Part shown: positions 1 to 8,898 of the stretch, in pieces
How positions within the stretch are numbered: the first letter of the stretch is position 1
How the letters are laid out: each line of letters opens with the position of its first letter
From: an uncultured Verrucomicrobiae bacterium
GTDB lineage: Bacteria; Verrucomicrobiota; Verrucomicrobiia; Chthoniobacterales; Chthoniobacteraceae
DNA: 64,000 nucleotides
Reading direction: 5' to 3'
Assembly (NCBI GenBank): GCA_963828525.1
Contig: CAWHEP010000004.1
Span: 32,001 to 96,000, forward strand
Notes under the pieces: model-generated
The model's input: the letters and a program-made list of their open reading frames with translations, nothing else
Database searches by the model: none
What the model was told of the DNA's origin: nothing
Program-made: the position numbers and the translations under genes

Positions 1-492
1 TACGCGCGTGTCGGCCTGGGAGAAATTTCTTACAAGAAAGGCGATTATAAGAACGCGCTGAAACAGTTCTCCGCCGCCGTGGATCAGACAACTACGACGC
101 TGAAGCTGAAGGATGCCACGATGGGCCAGGCGAGGACTTTTCTAAAGCTGGGTAAGATGGCGGAGGCTCGGAAGGCGTTTCAGCAGGTCGCCTCCGTGCG
201 CGAGTGGCGCGGGCCAGCGACCGCCGAAAGTGTCTTCAATCTCGGGCAAATTGCCGCGAGCGAAGGCAAGCTTCCGGAGGCCATCGCCTTTTACCAAAGG
301 GTTTATGTGGCTTACCAGCGTTACCTCCCGTGGGTCGCCAAAGCTTATCTCGAGAGTGGTTCTCTTTTCGAGAAGATGAACAAGAAGCCCGAGGCCTTGA
401 AGACTTATCAGGAGATGATCCGCAACGAGAAACTGGCGACCTTCCCGGAACTGGAGCAAGCGCGCAAGCGACTGGAATCTTTGGGAACATGA
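1..492 (+). CDS. TPR-repeat protein, C-terminal part (5' end outside window)
   Basis: Frame is open from base 1 (YARVGLGEISYKKGDYKNA...). Repeated TPR helices such as AESVFNLGQIAASEGKLPEAIAFYQRV. Stop overlaps the next ATG (ATGA). Confidence 0.8.
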   Translation, partial: YARVGLGEISYKKGDYKNALKQFSAAVDQTTTTLKLKDATMGQARTFLKLGKMAEARKAFQQVASVREWRGPATAESVFNLGQIAASEGKLPEAIAFYQRVYVAYQRYLPWVAKAYLESGSLFEKMNKKPEALKTYQEMIRNEKLATFPELEQARKRLESLGT

Positions 493-1373
493 GGCCCCTC
501 TTTTCCATTTTCTCGCTCTTCCTCGTCCTCTGCCATTGCGTCGCGGATGACATTATTCTCCGGAGCGGCAAAGTCATCACCATCACTCATCCCAGCCGCG
601 TCGGGGATTCCCTCATGACAGATATTCCCGGGACGGGCGGGCAGTTGGGCTACAGCGTAAAAGACATCGTGAAGATGGAATTTCCGCGTCCGGATCAGCT
701 TAAAATGGCTTCCGACTTGCTTGGACTGGGACAACCTCAACAAGCAATCAGCATCCTTGACCCTGTCCTGTCGTTTTACAGCTCATTTAGCGACATACCT
801 GGGAACTGGTGGTTGCCCGCGGCCTTGCTCAAGGCGAGCGCTCTTCAATCGCTCCACAAGGAGAACGAAGCTGAACCGATCTTGAAGGAGATTGCGAGGC
901 TTGCCACGGATCCAGACGATTCGCGTCTTGCCAAGGTGCGCCTTGCCGCTCTCTCCGCCCGGCGGGTGGCTGTCGGCGCAGAGAATCTTCATGATGATCC
1001 CGTGGCGATAGCGGCGCATAGAGCCGGGTACAAGGACGCCCTCCCTGTGTATGATGAAGTTGTGGACCATAGTTTCCGGGCTGATGTATTGGCGGAAGCT
1101 TGGATCGCCAAGGGCGACGCCTCGCTTGCTCTGGATCAGGTGGATGCGGCGGTGATCGCTTATTTTCACATACCCGTTTTTTTTCCTGAGCAGACACAGT
1201 TGATGCCCAGGGCGCTGTATGGCAGCGCGAAAGCATTCGTGGCGATGGCGGATTATAAAAGAGCAAAAGATACAATCCAGCAGCTCCAGACTGACTTTGG
1301 CGCTTCTCCTGAATCCCTTCTGGCGAGAAGAGATTTGGAAACAATTCATGCTCGCGAGATGGAGAAGCATTAA
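489..1373 (+). CDS. Secreted TPR-repeat protein (CpoB/BamD-like C-terminus)
   Basis: ATG at 489 followed by a signal-peptide-like MRPLFSIFSLFLVLCHCVADD. C-terminal TPRs (ALYGSAKAF...QLQTDFGASPES). Confidence 0.75.
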   Translation: MRPLFSIFSLFLVLCHCVADDIILRSGKVITITHPSRVGDSLMTDIPGTGGQLGYSVKDIVKMEFPRPDQLKMASDLLGLGQPQQAISILDPVLSFYSSFSDIPGNWWLPAALLKASALQSLHKENEAEPILKEIARLATDPDDSRLAKVRLAALSARRVAVGAENLHDDPVAIAAHRAGYKDALPVYDEVVDHSFRADVLAEAWIAKGDASLALDQVDAAVIAYFHIPVFFPEQTQLMPRALYGSAKAFVAMADYKRAKDTIQQLQTDFGASPESLLARRDLETIHAREMEKH

Positions 1374-1450
1374 GTGCGCAAACTCTTTCAGCTTCGTTCG
1401 CGTTCGTGTATAAGTCTTTTCACAGGACGCTCCCCCGTTCCCTCCTACTT

Positions 1451-2281
1451 ATGAAATACCGCTACCTCTATATCTTTGCAGTCTTTGTTGCTGGCCTTAT
1501 GCTCGCGTCAATGGGTTTTGCCCAATCAGCCACTCCTGCCGCCAGCCCAGGCGAGCCAGCCAAGCAGGACAAAACGCTCTTTCAGCAAATTCAGGACGGC
1601 GGTTGGGTGATGATCCCCATCGGACTATGCTCCGTGCTAACGCTGTATCTGATCGGAGACGGAAGCATTCGCACGGGAAAAGAGAAAGCGGCGCCTGAAG
1701 ATCAGGTCACCGCGTTGAAAGATCTTTTCAGACAGGGCGACTATGTGGGCGCCTACAACTACTGCAAGGAACACCCTTCTGCTCTGACAAACGTGTTGAA
1801 GCAGGGTATCAGCCTCCTGGGAGAGGGGAAGCAAGTGGCAGAAGAGGGGATGACGGGAGAGATGGCTAAGGAGAATTCGAATTTGCAGACTTATATCAGC
1901 TACCTATCGGTTATAGGAGTTTGCACCCCCATGATCGGTCTTCTTGGAACTGTCACCGGAATGATTCGGGCGTTTGCCACTTTGGGACGCTCTGGCATCG
2001 GTGATCCCTCCAGCTTGTCGTCCGCCATCGGTGAAGTGCTTGTGGCCACCGCCAGCGGTCTGGTTATCGCTATTCCTGCGTTCGGTTCTTTCTATTTCCT
2101 GCGAAATAGGGCGATCGCCTCCATTCACCATGTGCAGGACATTGTGAATAGTCTGTTCCGCAAGATGCCTTATGAGTCCCTGGCCGGCGTTCATATCGGC
2201 GACGACGAGCTTTATGCTGCTGTGCCGAACTGGGTGGCTCACGAAGAGTTCAACACCGCCACGCCGGGCGAAGCCGTTTAA
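1451..2281 (+). CDS. MotA/TolQ/ExbB proton channel family protein
   Basis: TPMIGLLGTVTGMIRAF and IGEVLVATASGLVIAIPA motifs. Confidence 0.93.
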   Translation: MKYRYLYIFAVFVAGLMLASMGFAQSATPAASPGEPAKQDKTLFQQIQDGGWVMIPIGLCSVLTLYLIGDGSIRTGKEKAAPEDQVTALKDLFRQGDYVGAYNYCKEHPSALTNVLKQGISLLGEGKQVAEEGMTGEMAKENSNLQTYISYLSVIGVCTPMIGLLGTVTGMIRAFATLGRSGIGDPSSLSSAIGEVLVATASGLVIAIPAFGSFYFLRNRAIASIHHVQDIVNSLFRKMPYESLAGVHIGDDELYAAVPNWVAHEEFNTATPGEAV

Positions 2282-2303
2282 GCAATGGAGGTTCTGATCT
2301 AAC

Positions 2304-2762
2304 ATGGCAGGCGGTGGAGGTGGTGGAGAGGGCGAACCGGAGTTTCAGGTAGCCCCGATGATCGATGTCCTTCTGACGATCCTTGTTTTCTTCATGATGA
2401 TTACCTCGGCCCAGGTGTTGAAGGTGGATAAGACCATCACCCTGCCCGTCGCGCCTGATGCGATCAAAAAAGACAACTCGCGGAGCGAGGCTATAGTGAA
2501 CGTTCGGTGGAAGGAAGCCGAGAAGAAGGCCGAGTTCGTTCTCGACGACAAAGTCTACGCCAAGGCCGCCGAGTTGGTTCCAGGGCTTTCAAGCGACCGG
2601 GCGGCGGGCGAGAAAAAGATCACCGCTGGCGCGAATCCGAAATTTCGGGCGGTTATACGCGGCGATCAGAATGTGCCCGCCGTGTATGTGTCCGAAGCGA
2701 TGAACTCGTGCGGCATGGCTGGCATCTCGGACATCTCGTTCTCCGCGGTTAACAAACAGTAG
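2304..2762 (+). CDS. ExbD/TolR family protein
   Basis: FQVAPMIDVLLTILVFFM transmembrane motif; VIRGD motif. Confidence 0.92.
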   Translation: MAGGGGGGEGEPEFQVAPMIDVLLTILVFFMMITSAQVLKVDKTITLPVAPDAIKKDNSRSEAIVNVRWKEAEKKAEFVLDDKVYAKAAELVPGLSSDRAAGEKKITAGANPKFRAVIRGDQNVPAVYVSEAMNSCGMAGISDISFSAVNKQ

Positions 2763-2763
2763 C

Positions 2764-3207
2764 ATGCGACTTGAAACAAACCCCAACGAGGGGAACTTGG
2801 GATTTCAAATCGCGCCGATGATCGATGTCGTATTCGTCATCATGCTCTTTTTTATGGTTATGGCTGGCGCTGTGAAGGTCGAAAACGAGCTAAATACTAC
2901 GTTGCCAGGAACAGCCGCGACCGATTCTGCGACCGACTTTCCGGATGAGCAGATTATCACGATCGCCGAGGACGGCTCTGTCCTGCTAAATGAGGAGCCC
3001 TTCGACTCTGTTGAAAGCAAGAACCTTCCGAAGTTCACCGCGACGCTCATGCGTTTAAAGGAGGCAAGTGACGCCTCGAAAACTCCGACGATCGTAACGA
3101 TTGTGAGCGCCCGAAGAGCAAAGTACAGCAGAACAATAGATGTTCTGGACGCGCTTGCGGTGGCAAAGATTGATAACGTGACGTTTACAGTCGCCGAAGA
3201 CGAATAG
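2764..3207 (+). CDS. ExbD/TolR family protein (second copy)
   Basis: FQIAPMIDVVFVIMLFFMV motif. Confidence 0.92.
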   Translation: MRLETNPNEGNLGFQIAPMIDVVFVIMLFFMVMAGAVKVENELNTTLPGTAATDSATDFPDEQIITIAEDGSVLLNEEPFDSVESKNLPKFTATLMRLKEASDASKTPTIVTIVSARRAKYSRTIDVLDALAVAKIDNVTFTVAEDE

Positions 3208-3235
3208 CGACGCGGGCGGCAAGGGATATAGCCTC

Positions 3236-4363
3236 ATGAGGAAGCGGGTTCGCAAGCGTCATGTGGCTTTCGATCGGGGCACAGCTTCTCCCGCGGTGTC
3301 GGATCGCCGCCTCATCGTGGTCGACCAGGAAGTCCTTCGCGACAGGGTTTCTTCAAAGTGCCGCGCGATTCTGAAGAAGCTGGAACAGGCGCGGCGTGAC
3401 TGGGCGCGCTTCACCGAAGAGGATCAACCAGCCTTCACTCGGTGGACGGCGGCAACATTTGGGCCGCTCCTTACTGCGCACCGTGAACTGAGCGAGAAGA
3501 TCAGGGATCGCATTTCCCTCGTGCGCGACATCGATTTCGAATTTTTTAGGGGAAAAGGGAGCCGTCATGCCGCTTATTCGGAAGTGATTCGCCGGAGGAA
3601 CGCGCCGCCTGAAGCGTTTGAGGAGCATCCGGAGAACTCCGAAAGCGCGGAGGACCCGCACGACCTTAGCGAAGAGGAGAAGGGAGCATTCTTCGACGAG
3701 TTCCTCGAAGACATAGGGTTGGATCCCCGCATGCTGCCACCGGGGGTTTATGCATCAATGCGCGCTGAGTTCGAACAAAATGTGTTCGGTGAGGACGAGC
3801 CACCGCCGAAGCCACCCCCGCGCCATCGCGATCCTCCGCCAGTCGCTCAATCTTTGAGCGCGCGGATCAAGGAAAAGTATCGGTGGCTCGCGCGGCAGTT
3901 ACATCCCGATACCACAAGGAAACCCCGGCCTGATCTGCTGGCGATCTGGCATGAAGTGCAGGAGGCTTACCAGGCTGGCAACCTTGAACAACTCGAGACT
4001 TTGGTCGCGGTCGTTGAAATGCGCGAGGGGATCATTGGGGAGCAAACCAGCCTTTCGCAAGCCCGCGCGGCGCTGGGGAAGATGCAGACCGGCCTTAACG
4101 CGCTGGGAAAAAGTCTCAAGCATGCAAAGAAGGATAACGCATGGCTCTTCTCGCAAGCGGGTGAATCCGAACGAAAAGCCATCGCGATTAAAATCGAACC
4201 GCGCATGCGGGAGGAGATTGATCAGGCAACGTCTGAATTGGCTGAACTGGATGAAATGCTTCGCATTTGGGCGATCCCACCCCCGGCATCCCGCAAGCGC
4301 CAGGTGAAGACGAAAAAGCGCTCCTCCCCGTCGAAGAGGGGACAGCCGTCATTTGAATTCTAG
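3236..4363 (+). CDS. J-domain-containing coiled-coil protein
   Basis: IKEKYRWLARQLHPD...WHEVQEAY J-domain segment in the middle of a helical protein. Confidence 0.75.
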   Translation: MRKRVRKRHVAFDRGTASPAVSDRRLIVVDQEVLRDRVSSKCRAILKKLEQARRDWARFTEEDQPAFTRWTAATFGPLLTAHRELSEKIRDRISLVRDIDFEFFRGKGSRHAAYSEVIRRRNAPPEAFEEHPENSESAEDPHDLSEEEKGAFFDEFLEDIGLDPRMLPPGVYASMRAEFEQNVFGEDEPPPKPPPRHRDPPPVAQSLSARIKEKYRWLARQLHPDTTRKPRPDLLAIWHEVQEAYQAGNLEQLETLVAVVEMREGIIGEQTSLSQARAALGKMQTGLNALGKSLKHAKKDNAWLFSQAGESERKAIAIKIEPRMREEIDQATSELAELDEMLRIWAIPPPASRKRQVKTKKRSSPSKRGQPSFEF

Positions 4364-4374
4364 AACCGCGCCTC

Positions 4375-6009
4375 TCAAGGAGAGCCTATTCCTCGGGGAT
4401 GCCAAAGGACGAAGTGGATACCATCCACATCCAGCGGCGTGAGATCTCCGGCTGGCAGCGAGTGGACCACCTCCACCGCCTCTTTGCTCCCCGTCCAAAT
4501 AACGCCGCCTATCAACCCTTCCCCCGCTTTTACCGCGTCTTTCCATTCCCCTGGAGTTGTTAGGTTGTTTAAAAGTTCCCTCTGCGCGTAGTATGGCAGC
4601 ACGCTGTAGTAGGGATCGAAGTTGCAGAGCACCGTCGTACCGGAGCGGAATTCACGGGCCAGTCGTTTGCCCAGGTCTGGAACGAGGGTGAATGGCTCCT
4701 GACAAGTGCCGTTCAATATGGGAAAGAGACTCCGCATCCGATCGGCTTGCGAATAACCAGCGCGAGCAATTGTCAGAAGGAGAATGCTCAGGATCAATCC
4801 CTTGGACGCCGTGATCCATCGGAGTCGATGCGGCGCGGCAAGCCGAGGCCAGAATAAGCTCTCCATCCCAAGGCCCGCCAGAACCGCGACAACTGCCATC
4901 AGGTAGAAGGTTGTGAAGTCATGGATGAAGGATTCATTTCGCAGCAGTGTTACATAGAGAGTTCCCGCCGTGCCCATGAGGAGGAGGCCCCAGGCGATCC
5001 ATCCCAGACGCCTGTGCCTTGCCTTGTGACGTAGGAGATGAATCAACCCGGCCACAGCCAGAAGCAACGGGAGCGGGAGATAATCTTCATAAATTCCACC
5101 CGCTACGACCGTGATCCATTGTCCGGTCGTAAAGTGGGTGGATCGGCTCATCTCGGAAGGCGAGGAGCCGGTGGCGGTGCCATTCCCTAATCGCATTTTT
5201 AGCGCCGCCCAAAGATCCCTCCACGCCTCCGGGTTTGCATGCCGAATTTGGATGAGGAAAACCGTTCCGGAGAGAAGTCCCGCGCAGAGGATCGCAACCG
5301 CAAAGAAGCGCTGCCGCCTGTCACCGGTAATGAGGAACCATGCTGCCATGCTTATCGAGAACAAATAGCCCGGCCAGTCCATCCAGAATGCGAGGATGCA
5401 GGCTCCTCCCGCGAGCCACATCGAGACGCGCGACTTTCGCGCAAGCCAGTACCTTGTGAACAGCAGCGCGGCGAGCATTAGCATGAGCAGGCAAGGCTCG
5501 AAATCAACCATATCTCCGTAGTGCAGTTCCATTGGCAGGAAAGAAAAGACCGCGGCCGCCAGGGTGGCAGCCCTGCGGTTAAGAATGTCGCGCAGGAAGA
5601 GCCACAAGAAGACCAGGCTCAACAAAGAACTCAACGCCGGGGTCACCCTCGCGCTCCATTCCGCTTCACCGAAGAGAGCGAAGGAAGCCGTTACAAGCAG
5701 CGGCAGCAGTGTTGGGTGATGCACGTAATATGCATCAGGAGGTATTGGAAGCTCACCAAAGTAGAGGGTCGCGGGAACCCCCGCCGTCACTGCGAGCCCG
5801 GCGCGGAGATTGTTATGCGCCGCTTGCGAGTAGATCGCTCCGTAATAGGTGTCATTTTCGACCCAGGGAGAATTCATTCCCTTATAAAAGTGGCCTGCCA
5901 GGAAAAGAAAGAGCGCGCCGAAGAGAATGATCCAAACGCGAGAGTTGCCATCCGAGGCGTCGTCGCCGGTCTCCCCGGGCGGTTCCAGCAAGGCCATCTT
6001 GCGCCTCAC
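4375..6009 (-). CDS. GT-C fold membrane glycosyltransferase (ArnT/PMT-like, family 39/83)
   Basis: Many transmembrane segments; YVHHPTLLP...FGEAEWSAR pattern. Confidence 0.8.
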   Translation of the reverse strand: MRRKMALLEPPGETGDDASDGNSRVWIILFGALFLFLAGHFYKGMNSPWVENDTYYGAIYSQAAHNNLRAGLAVTAGVPATLYFGELPIPPDAYYVHHPTLLPLLVTASFALFGEAEWSARVTPALSSLLSLVFLWLFLRDILNRRAATLAAAVFSFLPMELHYGDMVDFEPCLLMLMLAALLFTRYWLARKSRVSMWLAGGACILAFWMDWPGYLFSISMAAWFLITGDRRQRFFAVAILCAGLLSGTVFLIQIRHANPEAWRDLWAALKMRLGNGTATGSSPSEMSRSTHFTTGQWITVVAGGIYEDYLPLPLLLAVAGLIHLLRHKARHRRLGWIAWGLLLMGTAGTLYVTLLRNESFIHDFTTFYLMAVVAVLAGLGMESLFWPRLAAPHRLRWITASKGLILSILLLTIARAGYSQADRMRSLFPILNGTCQEPFTLVPDLGKRLAREFRSGTTVLCNFDPYYSVLPYYAQRELLNNLTTPGEWKDAVKAGEGLIGGVIWTGSKEAVEVVHSLPAGDLTPLDVDGIHFVLWHPRGIGSP

Positions 6010-6755
6010 TATTCGAAAATCGCGATTACAGGAGCATGATCGCTGCTCCCAAAATCCTTGGAGACTGTGCAGGAACGAGCCATGGCGCCGAGTCGCGCGC
6101 TCGCCAACACATAATCAAGACGCCACCCAATGTTTCGCGCCCTCATATCGCGCCATGGCGCCCACCAGGTGAACAGGCCCTCGTTAGCGGGATCCAGCGA
6201 CCGTGCGATATCTACAAGACCGGCATCAAGAATACGCTCGAACAGGGCGCGCTCTTCCGGCAACTGCCCGATCACCTCCCGTCTTTCCCTTGGATGCACG
6301 TCCATCTCAGACCTGGCGACGTTGAGATCTCCGCAGATTATCAAATCGTCCCCGGCAGCCAGGACAGTTTCCGCATAGGCTTCGACAGCTTGCAAAAAGG
6401 AGATTTTTGCGGCGAAATCCTTGCCACCGTTCGGCACATAAACGGATGCGATGAGCGTGCTATCCACGCGCGCGGTCACAATCCGGTTCTCAAAATCAAA
6501 CGCAGGGTGCGAAAACTCGGGGCGCTCCTGGCTTCGATCTTTGCGCACATGCAGGCTAACCCCCGAATACCCCTTCGCCCCGCCGTGCCATAGACACCAG
6601 TAATCCTCCAGGTCGCAAAGATCAGGCGGAATTTGAGAAGGCGATGCCTTTATCTCCTGCAAGCAAGCGATATCCACTTGCTCTGTCTTTAGCCATTCCA
6701 GGACCTGCGCCTGCCGGGCGCGGATTCCGTTTACGTTCCATGTCCCAACCTTCAT
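6009..6755 (-). CDS. xth: Exodeoxyribonuclease III
   Basis: TWNVNGIR, LQEIK, YVPNG, GDLNVA, GWRLDY and SDHAPV motifs. Confidence 0.96.
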   Translation of the reverse strand: MKVGTWNVNGIRARQAQVLEWLKTEQVDIACLQEIKASPSQIPPDLCDLEDYWCLWHGGAKGYSGVSLHVRKDRSQERPEFSHPAFDFENRIVTARVDSTLIASVYVPNGGKDFAAKISFLQAVEAYAETVLAAGDDLIICGDLNVARSEMDVHPRERREVIGQLPEERALFERILDAGLVDIARSLDPANEGLFTWWAPWRDMRARNIGWRLDYVLASARLGAMARSCTVSKDFGSSDHAPVIAIFE

Positions 6756-6881
6756 CGCGCACTGTATTACCGCTGCTGCCTCAAGAGCAAGCCCGGGCGA
6801 GCAGAGGGAATCCGCCCCAAAAAAGTTGATTTCGCGGCTTTTATTCCACCTTCTCCTGTTCTACACTCTCCCTCCGCTATT

Positions 6882-6955
6882 TGCCTTGTAGTGTAATGGT
6901 AGCACAAGAGATTCTGGATCTCTCTGTCAAGGTTCGAGTCCTTGCAAGGCAGCCA
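6882..6955 (+). tRNA. tRNA-Gln (anticodon CTG)
   Basis: Acceptor stem TGCCTTG/CAAGGCA, anticodon arm AGAGA-TTCTGGA-TCTCT, T-loop GGTTCGAGTCC, encoded CCA. Confidence 0.95.
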
Positions 6956-6998
6956 CCTGCCGCTTCCAAGAGTTCCTCACTGAGGCGCGCGCGGAGTT

Positions 6999-8052
6999 CT
7001 ACTGCGCGAGTGATACAGGGCCGAAATCGAACGAAGGCTCGTATCGCGCGCTTTCCCGGTCAGCGACATGCCACCGCCGGTCTTCGAGATACCACAGCAC
7101 CGTCTGCCTGATCCCCGTCTCGAAAGATTCGACCGGCGCCCAACCCAGCTCGTTTCGAATTTTAGAAGTATCAATGGCGGTGCAGCAATCGACACTGGCA
7201 GCCGCGTTCACAAACATCTTTTGCTTTCGGTAAGAGAGCTGATCGGCGCGAGGGGCAAGTTCATCCAAAAGATCACAGATACGATCTACAATCTCAACGA
7301 GGGATCGGGTTCGCATCCCACCCACATTATAGGTCTCGCCTGGCGTCCCTTTCAGCAAAACGAGGCGCAAAGCAGCACAGTAATCCCGCACGAACAGCCA
7401 CGGACCCGCCTGCATGCCGTCGCCATCAACAGTCAGAGGGTTCCCCTCTTAGGGCGTTGAGAATCGTCCGTGGAATAAATTCCTCCGCGTACTGATAGGG
7501 GCCGTAAGTTCCGGTGGAGTTAACCGAAATGAACGGAAAACCGTTTTCCGTCGCGCGTTTGATACTCTCATCGGACGACACAAAGCCGTTAAGGAAGCGG
7601 AAAGCGCTCCTCTTCCGGGCCGGCAATCCTTCCCAGTAGGCCGCGCTGGCTTCAAGGAGGCTTATAGTGGCGGGAACCGAAGAGTCGAAATCGTTGGAAC
7701 GCGACGCGCGAGGCAGTTCAGCATTTTCCGCGACATTCACGACTGCGTTGATCTCGTGGGCGTCGAGAATACGCTTTACCAGGTCCTGATCTGTGGTGTC
7801 GCCTTGCACAAGGCGGTAGCGGGGATCCCGGGAGACTTTTCGAAGCCTTCCCGGCGTCTCTGGATGAGAAAGGCTGTCCAGCACCACAAGTCGTTCCACT
7901 CCGAAGCTGGAAGACAGAGCGGCGTCTGCAAAATGCGCGCCGATGAAGCGGGTGCCCCCCGTGACGAGCAGCCTTACGGGCTGGCTGTTATCGAAGCCAT
8001 CTGCGCCAAGGCGGCGAGTCAGAGGAGTTGAGGGTACTCTCATTCCCTGCAT
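6999..8052 (-). pseudogene. Degenerate dTDP-glucose 4,6-dehydratase (RfbB/RmlB)-like gene; frameshift near 7435
   Basis: LLVTGGTRFIG, YGPYQYAEEFIP, GETYNVGG and KIRNELGWAP...FETGIRQTVLWY match RmlB. The YxxxK segment is absent and the gene is split across two ORFs. Confidence 0.7.
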
Positions 8053-8157
8053 GAGAACTGAATCGTTCACGCTCCGCAATCGCGCCTGTTCCGATATTGT
8101 TGTCGGAAGAGCAGAGAAGACGCCTCCGCCTTCGTCCTACAGAGCGGGGCAAACCTG

Positions 8158-8898
8158 CTACTCCCCGACGACCTGCCTGCGGGGAAAATCAACGAGCTCA
8201 TGCTCGACCGCGTATCTCATGATCTCCGAATTATTCTTAAGCCCGGTTTTCTCGAGTATCCGCGTCCGATACGTGCTGATCGTCTTAATGCTGAGCGAAA
8301 GCTCGTTTGAAATCTCCTTCACGGTTTTACCCAGAGCGAGCATGCACATCACCTGATACTCACGATCTGACAGGGGATCATGCAGTTGCCCATCGCCAAC
8401 GCCCCGGCTCAAGTGGCCCGCCAGCTTCTCCGCGAGAGAAGCGCGAATGTATTTTCCGCCTCCCAGGATCCGCTTCACAGCATCCACCAACTCGGCGCCA
8501 GCCGTTTCCTTTGTGAGGTATCCCGAGGCGCCGCGCTGCAGCACCCTGATCGCAAACTGCTCCTCCGCATGAACGCTTACGATGAGCACGGGAAGCTTCG
8601 GATTCACCTTCTTTACCTCCTTCAAAGCGTCGAGCCCGCTGCGTCCCGGCATAGTGATGTCGAGCAGCACGATGTCCCACTCTTCCTTCCAGACCTGCTC
8701 AAGAGCCTGTTGCGTGTCGCAGGCTTCGCGAAGGATTGCGTCCTTGAATTCGCTTGCCAACGTTTGCCGCATTCCCGCTCGCATCATCGGGTGATCATCC
8801 ACGATAAGTATCTTGATCGGACGTCCGCCAATTGGCTGCGCGACGGGTTCGGCCTTCACAGATGAGGGGGGAGAGTTTGATTTTGCCGGCGCTCTCAT
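8158..8898 (-). CDS. NarL/UvrY-family response regulator (REC + LuxR HTH)
   Basis: IVDDHP, LLDITMPG, GYLTK and LSDREYQV...LSIKTISTYRTRILEK. ATG overlaps the kinase stop. Confidence 0.95.
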   Translation of the reverse strand: MRAPAKSNSPPSSVKAEPVAQPIGGRPIKILIVDDHPMMRAGMRQTLASEFKDAILREACDTQQALEQVWKEEWDIVLLDITMPGRSGLDALKEVKKVNPKLPVLIVSVHAEEQFAIRVLQRGASGYLTKETAGAELVDAVKRILGGGKYIRASLAEKLAGHLSRGVGDGQLHDPLSDREYQVMCMLALGKTVKEISNELSLSIKTISTYRTRILEKTGLKNNSEIMRYAVEHELVDFPRRQVVGE

